From Candidatus Heimdallarchaeota archaeon (lineage in GTDB: Archaea > Asgardarchaeota > Heimdallarchaeia > JABLTI01), in assembly GCA_019058275.1 (NCBI GenBank), contig JAHLVW010000061.1, forward strand, positions 38,004-102,003: 64,000 bases of DNA. Direction: 5' to 3'. Every line of letters starts with the position of its first letter. Position 1 is the stretch's first letter. Under the pieces are notes generated by a model. It had not been told where the DNA came from. It saw only the letters and a list, made by a program, of their open reading frames with translations, and made no database searches. The position numbers and the translations under genes were made by a program. Of the stretch, positions 8,807 through 18,572 are shown in pieces.

Positions 8807-11800
8807 TTAAGGTGCTGGTGTACTTGATTCTTTAAACGCGTTTTCAATCATAGCTTCGATTTGCTCGTCTGTATAGTGGTTCATTGTTATAGCTCTTGCA
8901 GGGCAAGTAACAGCACATACACCACATCCTTCGCAAAGAATTTCGTTTATATGCGATTTTGTATGACCATCCTCAGTTACAATCAAAGATAAGGCATTAA
9001 ATGCACAGGTTGATATGCATGATCCACATCCTACACAGACGTCTTGATCAATACTAGCTACTATTGATTCTTTTTCTATCGATTTGCTTTTAATAAGTTT
9101 CGCTGATAATGTAGCCGCAGCATATCCTTGTGAAACACTATCAGTAATGTCAATAGGTCCTCTACAAGCTCCGGCAATGAATTTACCAGAAGAAGCTGTT
9201 TCTACTGGAGCAAGTTTGATATGTCTTTCAATAAAGAATCCATCCTTATCCACTGAACAATTTAATAGCTCACCAATTTTTTTGGCATCTTCGTTTGGTT
9301 CCATAGCAGTTTGAAGTATGATTAAATCTGGTTTATATCTGATTGTTTTTCCTAAATCAGCATTATAGATGTCGAAAAACATTTTTCCATCGATATCTTT
9401 TCTGATATCGCTTGGTACGCCTCTTATGAAATTGGCTCCCATTGTTCGAGTCTTATTATATAATTCTTCATAGCCTTTGCCAAATGTTCGTATGTCTTTA
9501 TAGAATAACAAAGTATCTACTTCTGAACCAAACTTGTTTTTCATTAAGTATGCGTGCTTAATTGATGCTGTACAACAGTATCTTGAACAGTATTCATGAT
9601 AGTTTTTATCTCTGCTTCCAACACAATTTATGAATGCAATTGTTTTTGGTTTTTTACCAGTTGATGGAACAGATATTATCCCATCTGTAGGACCAGCTGC
9701 ATTTGTTAATCGTTCAAATTCCATGCCCGTTAAAATGTCTGGATATTCAGGATCCTTGTAATGGTATTCAAGGATAACGCTTGGGTCGAAAGGCTTGTAA
9801 CCTGTTGCAACTATTATTGCTCCAACTTTTTCACGTATTTTCTGAGGTAGTTCATCATGATCAATAGCTTGAGCTTCACAGATATGTAAACATTCATTGC
9901 AAACACCACAATTAGCACAATACAAACATCGAGTAGCTTCTTCCTTAGCATCTTTCTCAGTGTATGGTTTTACAACTTCTATGTTACAATCTGCTAACCT
10001 CTGTTCTACTGAAGCTTTTGGTAAAGGTTTTCGTTTAATTTTATTGGCTCTTTCAATAGGTATATCAGTGACTACTTCACCAATACGAACTCTTCCTTTG
10101 TAAATTTGGGAATGCGTATCTGGTACATCTGGTCTCCCAACATACAAATTTTCACCTCGGATATATCTATGTACAGATTCAGCAGCCCATTTTCCAGAAG
10201 CAACTGCTTCAATAACTGATTCTGGGCTATAGTAAAATTCACCACAGCAGAAGATGTGGGGATGAGTATGTGATTGCAAGGTTTTTGTATCAACAATCAG
10301 TTTACCTTTACTATCAACCATATCTTCAGGGATAATAGTCCTATCAAAATACTGTCCAATAGCAATGAAAACATGATCGAAGTTCTCTTCATATTCTGAA
10401 CCTTCAATATAGCTTGCTTTTCTTCTTCCATCTGCACCAGGTTGACCTAATTTTGTTTTTAGTAACTCAGCACCCACTAATTTACCATTTTTGCCAATGA
10501 ATTTTCCAACTTGTACTTGTGGATCTAGAAGAATACCTTCTTCTATTGCATCATCAATTTCCTCTTGATATGATGGCATCTCAGATCTACCACGACGATA
10601 AAGTAGTTTTACTTCAGAAGCACCAAGACGCTTTGCGACTCTTGCAACATCAATTGCAGTATTTCCTCCTCCAACTATACCAACTTTTCCAGTTAGTTTT
10701 CGGATTTTCTTGTCACAAACATCCTTAAGGAAATTTAAGCCTGGAACTACACCTTTTAGGTCTTCTCCATCAACATGGAGTTCGTAATTTCCTATTGCAC
10801 CAGAGGCAACAATTACTGCATCATAGCCTCGTCTTCGCAATAAACCTTTCTTCTTAAGATCGTCGAAAGTTAATTCTTCTTCTTGACCTACTCTAAAACC
10901 AGTTTTTAGTTCAACTCCTAAATCTAAAATTCTTTGAATCTCATAGTCAAGAACATCTTTTGGTAATCGATAATCGGGAATTGCGTACTGTAATAATCCA
11001 CCTGCTTTTTCTTTCATTTCATAGATAGTAACTTTGTAACCTTTCTTTGCCAACCACCAAGCTGATGCTAAACCTGAAGGACCACCACCTACAATGGCTA
11101 CTTTTTCTTTGTATTTCTTTTCAAGTGGTTTTACTTTGGCTTCTTCTAGCATATGTTCTCTTTCATATTCGCAAATGAAATTTTTCAAGGCTCTAATTGC
11201 TATGGGATCATCAACTTCTCCTCTACCACAAAATTCTTCGCAATGTCCTACACAGATCTTTCCACAGACAGATGGAAATGGATTTTCTTCTCTGATTAGT
11301 TCAAGTGCTTCTTTGTACTTGCCCAATGCTATTAGATTCACATAACCTTGAACATGAATATCAGCTGGACAACCATCTCTACATGGGGGTATGCCTTTTT
11401 TATCTATGATATAACATTGCGGTACAGCTTGTGGGAATGGTATATAGGTTGCTTTATGAGTTGTTATGCCTACATCAAATGTACTAATAATATTCGTTGG
11501 ACAATTTTCAGTACATTCACCACATCCAGTACACTTTTCTGGATCAATATATCTTGGCATTTGTAAGATATCTACATCAAAGTTACCTACATATCCTGAA
11601 ATATTAATTACTTCAGCATTAGTCATCAATGTAATTCTTGGATGTTCAGCAACTTCAGCCATTTTTGGGGTTAAAATACAAGCAGAGCAATCTTGTGTTG
11701 GAAATGTTTTGTCAAGTTGAGCCATTCTACCACCAATGGTGGGTTCTTTTTCAACTAAGATAGTATCAATTTCGAGATTTGCTAACGCTAGAGCAGATGA

Positions 11801-12268
11801 AATCCCTGTGATACCTCCACCAATAACTAAAGCTTTTGGAACCCCTGATACAATATTTGGTTCCAAAGGTTGTAAAAGTGCAGCTCTACTAACAGCCATC
11901 CTCACTAGATCTTTTGCTTTTTGTGTAGCTTTCTCATGATCGTCTGTAACCCAACTTACGTGCTCACGTATATTTGACATCTCAAAAAGATACTTATTTA
12001 ATCCTGCAGCTTGCACAGTTTTTCTAAAAGTTTCTTCGTGCATTCTTGGACTACAAGATGAGACTACAATTCGATTTAAATTATGTTCTTTAATATCCTC
12101 TTGTATCTTTCTTTGACTCGGTTTTGAGCAACTATACTTGAATGTATGGGATTGGACGACATGTGGAAGCTTCTTCGAATATTCTGTTACTTCTACACAA
12201 TTGATTGTTGAGGCTATATTTGAACCACATTTGCAAACATAGACTCCGATTCTTATTTCCTCGCTCAT
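8807..12268 (-). CDS. hdrA: Large HdrA (HdrL-type) with an inserted GltD-like NAD(P)H:FAD oxidoreductase module
   Basis: HdrA motifs (IGVYVCKCG, CSPRMHE, GGGITG, LDKTFPTQDCSAC, CVGSRD, YCSRYCC) interrupted by PPCRDGCP, NPFPSVCGKIC, GGGPSG, GGGNTAIDVAR, YRRG; terminal 2x4Fe-4S. Confidence 0.92.
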   Translation of the reverse strand: MSEEIRIGVYVCKCGSNIASTINCVEVTEYSKKLPHVVQSHTFKYSCSKPSQRKIQEDIKEHNLNRIVVSSCSPRMHEETFRKTVQAAGLNKYLFEMSNIREHVSWVTDDHEKATQKAKDLVRMAVSRAALLQPLEPNIVSGVPKALVIGGGITGISSALALANLEIDTILVEKEPTIGGRMAQLDKTFPTQDCSACILTPKMAEVAEHPRITLMTNAEVINISGYVGNFDVDILQMPRYIDPEKCTGCGECTENCPTNIISTFDVGITTHKATYIPFPQAVPQCYIIDKKGIPPCRDGCPADIHVQGYVNLIALGKYKEALELIREENPFPSVCGKICVGHCEEFCGRGEVDDPIAIRALKNFICEYEREHMLEEAKVKPLEKKYKEKVAIVGGGPSGLASAWWLAKKGYKVTIYEMKEKAGGLLQYAIPDYRLPKDVLDYEIQRILDLGVELKTGFRVGQEEELTFDDLKKKGLLRRRGYDAVIVASGAIGNYELHVDGEDLKGVVPGLNFLKDVCDKKIRKLTGKVGIVGGGNTAIDVARVAKRLGASEVKLLYRRGRSEMPSYQEEIDDAIEEGILLDPQVQVGKFIGKNGKLVGAELLKTKLGQPGADGRRKASYIEGSEYEENFDHVFIAIGQYFDRTIIPEDMVDSKGKLIVDTKTLQSHTHPHIFCCGEFYYSPESVIEAVASGKWAAESVHRYIRGENLYVGRPDVPDTHSQIYKGRVRIGEVVTDIPIERANKIKRKPLPKASVEQRLADCNIEVVKPYTEKDAKEEATRCLYCANCGVCNECLHICEAQAIDHDELPQKIREKVGAIIVATGYKPFDPSVILEYHYKDPEYPDILTGMEFERLTNAAGPTDGIISVPSTGKKPKTIAFINCVGSRDKNYHEYCSRYCCTASIKHAYLMKNKFGSEVDTLLFYKDIRTFGKGYEELYNKTRTMGANFIRGVPSDIRKDIDGKMFFDIYNADLGKTIRYKPDLIILQTAMEPNEDAKKIGELLNCSVDKDGFFIERHIKLAPVETASSGKFIAGACRGPIDITDSVSQGYAAATLSAKLIKSKSIEKESIVASIDQDVCVGCGSCISTCAFNALSLIVTEDGHTKSHINEILCEGCGVCAVTCPARAITMNHYTDEQIEAMIENAFKESSTPAP

Positions 12269-12532
12269 TCAATAAAATCTCCGAAGATTGAAAGTATTTA
12301 ATTAGTCGGCAATATAGTGTAAATAACTTATTAAAATGGTTAACGGTTGATTCGATACAAATTCAGTTTCTATTAATTTTCGAATTTTTATTCAAAAAAT
12401 CAAACATTTTTAGAAGTATCATATTTTTTTAAAGACGCAAGATTATTATTAAAGTAAAAGAATGTTTTTCAGATTTTAGACAAGACTTTATCTCATAATT
12501 TACAAGTCATTATAACTATTACAACTACAGGA

Positions 12533-13519
12533 TTGTTTGATATGAAGATATTAGTATCTGGTGCTTTTGGAAATGTAGGAGAAAGTACTGTAGATTCATT
12601 ACTTAACACAGATCATGAAATTACTTGTTTTGATAAGAGAACTTTTGATACTGTAAAAACTGCTCGACGATTTAAGAAAAAGGTTAGCATCATTTGGGGA
12701 GATATCAGAAATAAAAAGAAAGTTAATCATGCTGTTGAAGGGCAAGATTTAGTTATGCATATTGCAGCTGTGATTCCACCTAAAGCAAATAAAAATCACA
12801 GATATACTGAACAAGTAAACTTTGGTGGAACTGTGAATATTGTTAATGCTATGTTAAATCAACCTCAAAAACCAAAACTCATTTACACTTCTTCTGTTGC
12901 AGTTTATGGCGATGTTCGAGATAAAGAAACTCCTTTTGTTACTGAAGAAACTCCTTTTAATCCAAGTCCAGGGGATTTTTATGCAGTAACTAAGATTAAC
13001 TCTGAGAAATATATCACAAAATCCGGTTTGGAATATTCCATTTTTAGATTAAGCTACATTCCTAATTCCAAAAGAATCAAGCTGACACCTTTAATGTTTG
13101 ATATGCCTTTAGATACACCAATTGAATTTACTCATACAAAGGATTGTGGTGTTGCTCTAGCAAATGCTGTTGGTAAAAAAGGAATTTGGGGTAAAGTATT
13201 CAACCTTGGTGGAGGAGAAAAATGTAGGTTCTATTATAAGGATTACATTAATAAGATGCTACCAATGATGGGTGTAGAAATTTTACCAGAGGAAGCATTT
13301 GGTAACGAACTATTTCATTGTTGCTTTTACGATACTAAAGAACTTGAGAAATTATTGCATTTCCAGATGCATGATTTTGATGATCTTCTAAATGAAATGG
13401 TTCGTAATGCTCGAGGTAAACGAATTCTAGCTAAAATGTTTAAACCACTTGTTAAACCAGCGTTACTTATGCTTTCACCTTATTATAAAAAGAATAAAAA
13501 GAAGAAAGATAATGGATAG
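12533..13519 (+). CDS. NAD-dependent epimerase/dehydratase (extended SDR)
   Basis: SGAFGNVG, HIAA, TSSVAVYG, YAVTK. Confidence 0.9.
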   Translation: MFDMKILVSGAFGNVGESTVDSLLNTDHEITCFDKRTFDTVKTARRFKKKVSIIWGDIRNKKKVNHAVEGQDLVMHIAAVIPPKANKNHRYTEQVNFGGTVNIVNAMLNQPQKPKLIYTSSVAVYGDVRDKETPFVTEETPFNPSPGDFYAVTKINSEKYITKSGLEYSIFRLSYIPNSKRIKLTPLMFDMPLDTPIEFTHTKDCGVALANAVGKKGIWGKVFNLGGGEKCRFYYKDYINKMLPMMGVEILPEEAFGNELFHCCFYDTKELEKLLHFQMHDFDDLLNEMVRNARGKRILAKMFKPLVKPALLMLSPYYKKNKKKKDNG

Positions 13520-13522
13520 ATT

Positions 13523-14492
13523 ATGAAGATACTGATTACTGGTGCATTTGGTAGCTTGGGATTAAATGTTCTAGACTATATTTTGAAATCAGATCACAAT
13601 ATTACTTGTTTTGTACGAGATACTAGAAAATCCAAACGATTAGCTAAGAAATTCAAAGATGATATTAATGTTGTTTACTGTGATATTAGAAACTATAATG
13701 AAATCAGTGAAGCTGTAAAAAATCAAGATATAGTTTTACATTTCGCAGCTATTGTTCCACCCAGATTTAATTATGAAACATTGGATTATTCTCGAGGTGT
13801 TAATGTTGTTGGTACAAGTAATGTTGTTAAAGCAATTGAGAAACAATCAAATTCCACAGCTCTTGTTTTTCCTTCCTCTGTAGCAGTTTTTGGTGATGTT
13901 CGAGATCGAGGAGTATGTGTATTAGCTACTGATGAACCAACAATTCCTAATGAAGATGATATTTATGCTCAACAAAAGGTTGAAGCTGAATTGCTAGTTA
14001 AAAACTCTGACTTGAAGTGGTCTATATTTCGATTTGGTTTCATGCCAAATGTTAGCAGCTTAAAGTTCGATCCTATGATGTTTGATGTTCCCCTTGATAC
14101 CAATATGGAGATTATTCATATTAGAGATGCAGCATTAGCAATTGTCAATGCTTTAGAAAAAACTGAAATTTGGGGAAAAATTCTTCATATTGCTGGTGGT
14201 ATTAATTGTCGCTTAACTTACTAAGAATTTATAGGGGGAATGCTAGAAGCGATGGGTATTGGTTCATTACCAGACCAAGCTTTTGGAGATAATGATTTTC
14301 ATTGTGCATTTTTTTGATACAGATTTTAGTCAACAACTATTGAACTATCAAACAAATTCATATGATGACCTTATTGATGAAATGAAAAAAAATGCTGGTA
14401 TAATTAGATACTTGGCAAAAGCATTTCGATCAATTGTAAAATTGTATTTATTATCAAAATCACCTTATTATAGGAGAAAAAGAAAAAAGTAA
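13523..14492 (+). pseudogene. Second NAD-dependent epimerase/dehydratase paralog, disrupted
   Basis: TGAFGSLG and YAQQK; in-frame TAA at 14222-14224 followed by EFIGGMLEAMGIGSLPDQAFG, which aligns with the upstream paralog; one extra T in the T7 run at 14309-14315; ends SPYYRRKRKK. Confidence 0.85.
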
Positions 14493-14502
14493 GAAGCAGA
14501 GA

Positions 14503-15735
14503 TTACTTCTTTGATTTTCTAGCTTTTATTCGTTGAATTATGACACATGTAGCTAAAAAGCTAATTATGTAAACATAGGATGGTAATGGAATTTTATCTG
14601 CTACTCCTTCGGGATAGATTTTGATTATACTTGTTACATCTGAGACATCAAACACAAATAATGTTCTTTCTTCTTGTTCTGAAGCTCTCAAGATGTAAAG
14701 TAAATCTTTGCTGTATAATCCTACAAGAAAATACCCATAACCTTCATCTAGGCATTCAAATGCACTAATACTTTGATTGCTTGTTAAATTATTGATATCA
14801 TAAACGAAAATGAAATCACTTGCTATACCAGCAAAATAATGATTCCAAAAAACTAAATCATGGAAACGATCATACTCATTTGTGAATCTGCTATAACTAT
14901 TTATTAGAACTGGAGAAAGCGGATCAATAATATAATACATTCTTATATAGAAATCTGAATATATGAACATATAATCTTTATAGAATTCTATTCCATAGCA
15001 ACTCTCATTAGTAATCCATGTTTTGATTTTTTTTGGATTCGATTTGTCAGTTATGTTCACGATATCTATTTTTTGCTTATCCCCGGATAAAACATATAAA
15101 AATTCATTTTTCACTGCAAAATCATTAATACTATAAAATTCAAGTGCATATCTTGCAGATTCAATGAGATTTTCTAGATCTGAACAATCAATAATTCGTA
15201 TTGTATCATTATTAATACGATATTCTCCATTAGCCAATAAGTAACAGAAATCGTTCTGTTTTTGCACTTCATATCTACTTGCTTCATGCAGACCCATATA
15301 TTCATGGATTGATGAAGTTAATGCAATATAATGACCTAAATATGTAGGATAGAGAATATTAGTAATGTTTACAAATTCTAAACCTATTTCTTCATTCAAA
15401 ACTGTTGTCATAATAAGTAAATTATCTTCAACATACAAATTTATTATTCTAGAACTTTGATGTGTTGGATAATAAGCAACAGTTGTTATGTTCGATGGAT
15501 TATCAAACTCAGCTATTTGTAGTATATTATTATATTGACCTGGATACAAATAATAGTCATCCTTTAAGGCAAAAACTGAAGGTAATTCAGCAACTACTGG
15601 ATTGTTCACATTTATTTCATCATTTTTGTTTACTATTTTACCTTCACTTAGGCCACAAGATGAAGCAATAATCAATGTTGATATAACTATCACTAATAGT
15701 GAATTTTTCATATTATTCCTCTTCATTTTTCCCAT
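14503..15735 (-). CDS. LVIVD-repeat beta-propeller surface protein
   Basis: Signal-like N-terminus, repeats such as IDIVNITDKSNP and VFDVSD, C-terminal TM helix plus basic tail. Confidence 0.8.
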   Translation of the reverse strand: MGKMKRNNMKNSLLVIVISTLIIASSCGLSEGKIVNKNDEINVNNPVVAELPSVFALKDDYYLYPGQYNNILQIAEFDNPSNITTVAYYPTHQSSRIINLYVEDNLLIMTTVLNEEIGLEFVNITNILYPTYLGHYIALTSSIHEYMGLHEASRYEVQKQNDFCYLLANGEYRINNDTIRIIDCSDLENLIESARYALEFYSINDFAVKNEFLYVLSGDKQKIDIVNITDKSNPKKIKTWITNESCYGIEFYKDYMFIYSDFYIRMYYIIDPLSPVLINSYSRFTNEYDRFHDLVFWNHYFAGIASDFIFVYDINNLTSNQSISAFECLDEGYGYFLVGLYSKDLLYILRASEQEERTLFVFDVSDVTSIIKIYPEGVADKIPLPSYVYIISFLATCVIIQRIKARKSKK

Positions 15736-15936
15736 AATAATGCCCTTATTTAATAGATTATACTATATTCAAACTCGATAATAAATGTATGCAAATTTAT
15801 CACAGCTTATCTCTTGGATATTGTTATCTAATTTGTCAATATCAAAATCATTTTAATTGAATTTTGAAGCGTTTTAGTTAGATGTTTGATTAAGATTCAT
15901 TCTTGCTAGAAAACACAATCACGATATTTTCTCAGA

Positions 15937-16984
15937 TTGAATCTTAGAATTGGAGATGGAAAATTTATATCAAAAAGAAGTAAATTCATTAAATATTTTC
16001 CAATAATAGCTATTATCATTGTTTCTGGGTGTGCTTTCATTCCTGGAGCAATGGGGAATACTATCAGCGATGATCTCGAGATAGAAAAAGATGCTCTTGA
16101 AGATTGGCGATTAACTTATGAATGGGCTTCTAATGAAGCTCGGTACATTTTCGACCATGATTCTGATTTATTTAGATTAGCATGGCAAGAATTAGAAGCA
16201 GCTAGGTTGCTAGATGTTGAATTTAATATTCTTGCATTTGCAGAGAATGAAACAAATACTGTTGTTAATGAAACATATATGCACCTGATTATGAATCATG
16301 TAAATGCTGCTTATATCATATCTGACCAATCTTATTCATTTGCGATTCATACGTTTTTCACTGATAATCCTGATGAAAGTTCCTTCATTCTTGGTGAAAC
16401 ACCATCTGGGATTCCTTATACAATTAGCAGATTTAACTGGGAAAGTAAACCAATTTATTATTACTCTACAGTTGAAGTATTTTTAACAATTATACTAAGT
16501 GATTGGTTCAATACACCTGATTATAGCTACTTCTTGGAACAAACAATGATACAATTAAGAACTAATTATTCTTCATTTTTAAGTCAGAATTTGAGGTTCA
16601 TGTATGCACCTGATACTATTTATACATTAGATGGTAGAACAAACCTTTACAACTTAACACAAGAACCTCTCTTGTATTTCCAAGACCAAATGAGAGAAGC
16701 TTATGAAAATATCTGGGAAGGAGAAAGAGCGGTTAGTAGATTACAATCTATTGTTTCAATTATGACAATTTGCTACACTTCTTGCAGCTACTATTTCTGG
16801 TCGAATAGGTGAACGTAAGAGTATTCATCATGTATCAACAATAAGATCTGATATCAAAGATGATGAATCGTACATAGTACGTGAAGTTGATATCTTCAGC
16901 TTAGTTCTTCTGATTTTAGCAGTTTTAATTGCAATTGGAGCAATTATCTATACATTTTTACCTCCTGATTTATTTGTAAACTAG
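15937..16984 (+). pseudogene. Hypothetical membrane protein, frameshifted at about 16770
   Basis: Removing one T from 16769-16771 continues the ORF as IATLLAATISGRIGER...SLVLLILAVLIAIGAIIYTF to TAG at 16982-16984, directly before a terminator-like palindrome. Confidence 0.7.
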
Positions 16985-17017
16985 TCACTTTAAAGTGACT
17001 TTTTTTCTTATTTTTTT
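16983..17017 (+). terminator. Perfect 18-bp palindrome plus T tracts
   Basis: AGTCACTTTAAAGTGACT (16983-17000) followed by TTTTTCTTATTTTTTT. Confidence 0.6.
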
Positions 17018-17132
17018 GAAACGAATTTAGAACCTTAAGACTACTTTTTCGAAACCATTGTCAGACTTTACTTAATATAAACTATGTTCTATTGATATTC
17101 CAAAACCCTTTAACACCTTGAGGTGGGTGGCT

Positions 17133-18017
17133 ATGAACAAAAAAACGTTATATATAACAGGTTTAACTTTAATTTTCGCTTTATCAATATTGAGTGGAGC
17201 TATTACTATTGCGACAGTTCATCGAAGTGTTGACATAGAAGTTACTACAATGAATGATTCTACAGGTATTGTTTTACCAAGTCCAACGACAACAGGAGAT
17301 AGTATAGTAAACAAATATGCTCTTGTCATTGGCATTTCCGATTATAAAGTAATAAGTGATTTAAATTACTGTGATGAAGATGCCACAGATTGGTATAATT
17401 ACTTAGATTCCTTAGGCTATCAAATTACTCTTTTAGGAGACAGTCATCCAGAAAACTTCCCACAATGGGATGGTTACGCAACAGAATACAATACTCGAGT
17501 TGCTTTGGTAAATATCTTCTCAATTGCTGATGAAGATGATATAGTTGCCATTACCAGTTCTGGTCACGGCGGTAGATCAAGATCAAAAGATCTCAAAGCA
17601 TTTGTTTATTTCCTATGTATGTGGGATACGAATGATGGTGAGGAAGGTTACAATGGTTTAATTGATAACTATGAATTACTTGAGATTTTAGAACCTTCAG
17701 TTTCAAAGACATTTATCTTTCTTGATCATTGTAACAGTGGTGGATTTGAATACGTATTCCAAAATCCAAACTCAGAGAACTATTACATGGCTACTACATG
17801 CACAGAAAATGGATTTGGATGGGATGATCCAGTTCATTTGAACGGTAAGTGGACTTACTTCTTCCTAGAATACGCCTTAATTGGCATACTAGGAGGAACT
17901 GCTTCAATGGAAGAAGCTTTTGCTGTTGCTTATCCTGCATATCTTGAAGAAATCCATCGTCCAGGTGATGTTCTTGAGGAATTTGATGGTTCTTCTGATA
18001 CGCTCTTTTATCTCTAA
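17133..18017 (+). CDS. Secreted or membrane-anchored caspase-family (clan CD, C14-like) peptidase
   Basis: GAGGTG SD before ATG 17133; N-terminal hydrophobic signal; KYALVIGISDY, SSGHGG (His), FLDHCNSGG (Cys). Confidence 0.85.
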   Translation: MNKKTLYITGLTLIFALSILSGAITIATVHRSVDIEVTTMNDSTGIVLPSPTTTGDSIVNKYALVIGISDYKVISDLNYCDEDATDWYNYLDSLGYQITLLGDSHPENFPQWDGYATEYNTRVALVNIFSIADEDDIVAITSSGHGGRSRSKDLKAFVYFLCMWDTNDGEEGYNGLIDNYELLEILEPSVSKTFIFLDHCNSGGFEYVFQNPNSENYYMATTCTENGFGWDDPVHLNGKWTYFFLEYALIGILGGTASMEEAFAVAYPAYLEEIHRPGDVLEEFDGSSDTLFYL

Positions 18018-18033
18018 GAATTTGATACAACCC

Positions 18034-18126
18034 GAACCAACCTTTGGGAGGGAGACGTTCTACAAAGGTTGGTTCATTTCATTTATTCTAAAGTGAACAA
18101 ATTAGGAGTTTGGAGGACCTCCTCCA
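18034..18126. repeat. Two inverted repeats between convergent genes
   Basis: GAACCAACCTTTG (18034-46) / CAAAGGTTGGTTC (18063-75), a perfect 13-bp stem; TGGAGG/CCTCCA (18111-26). Confidence 0.75.
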
Positions 18127-18151
18127 CGATAATTTTTCAGAATTGTTAAAT

Positions 18152-18451
18152 CTATACATTTTTATAGTAAATTGGAAGTTGAACCTTTGGCATATTACGA
18201 ATTTTTATTAAAAATTCTTTCTTGGTTATATCTAGTAATACATAATTGCCATCAATATGTGAAATCATTTTAGCATCAATTTCGATTCCTATTTCATCTC
18301 TTAATGGTCTTTCAACTCTAACAGTTATCTTCGAATTTTTTTCTGTGTCATCTAGTTGGTTTATAAATATTTTTTTTACCTTGACAATTTGGCCACATTT
18401 GCGACCATTCTTACCTAATAGAATTTTACCTTCAAATGAAGCTACATTCAT
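18152..18451 (-). CDS. PRC-barrel-like small protein
   Basis: GKILLGKNGRKCGQIVKV and ISHIDGNYVLL pattern. Confidence 0.55.
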   Translation of the reverse strand: MNVASFEGKILLGKNGRKCGQIVKVKKIFINQLDDTEKNSKITVRVERPLRDEIGIEIDAKMISHIDGNYVLLDITKKEFLIKIRNMPKVQLPIYYKNV

Positions 18452-18572
18452 ACTAATTACCTACTAATAAACTAATTATGAAATGATTTAAATATATTTC
18501 TTAAATTTCGAAATTTAAAGAAATAACTTTCGCTATCATTTATAACTAACAGATACATTATACTAATTGTGA

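Noticed and set aside
10820-10860. KKKGLLRRRG apparent micro-duplication in HdrA
   Set aside because: In frame, the nucleotide copies are dissimilar, and it probably lies in a variable surface loop
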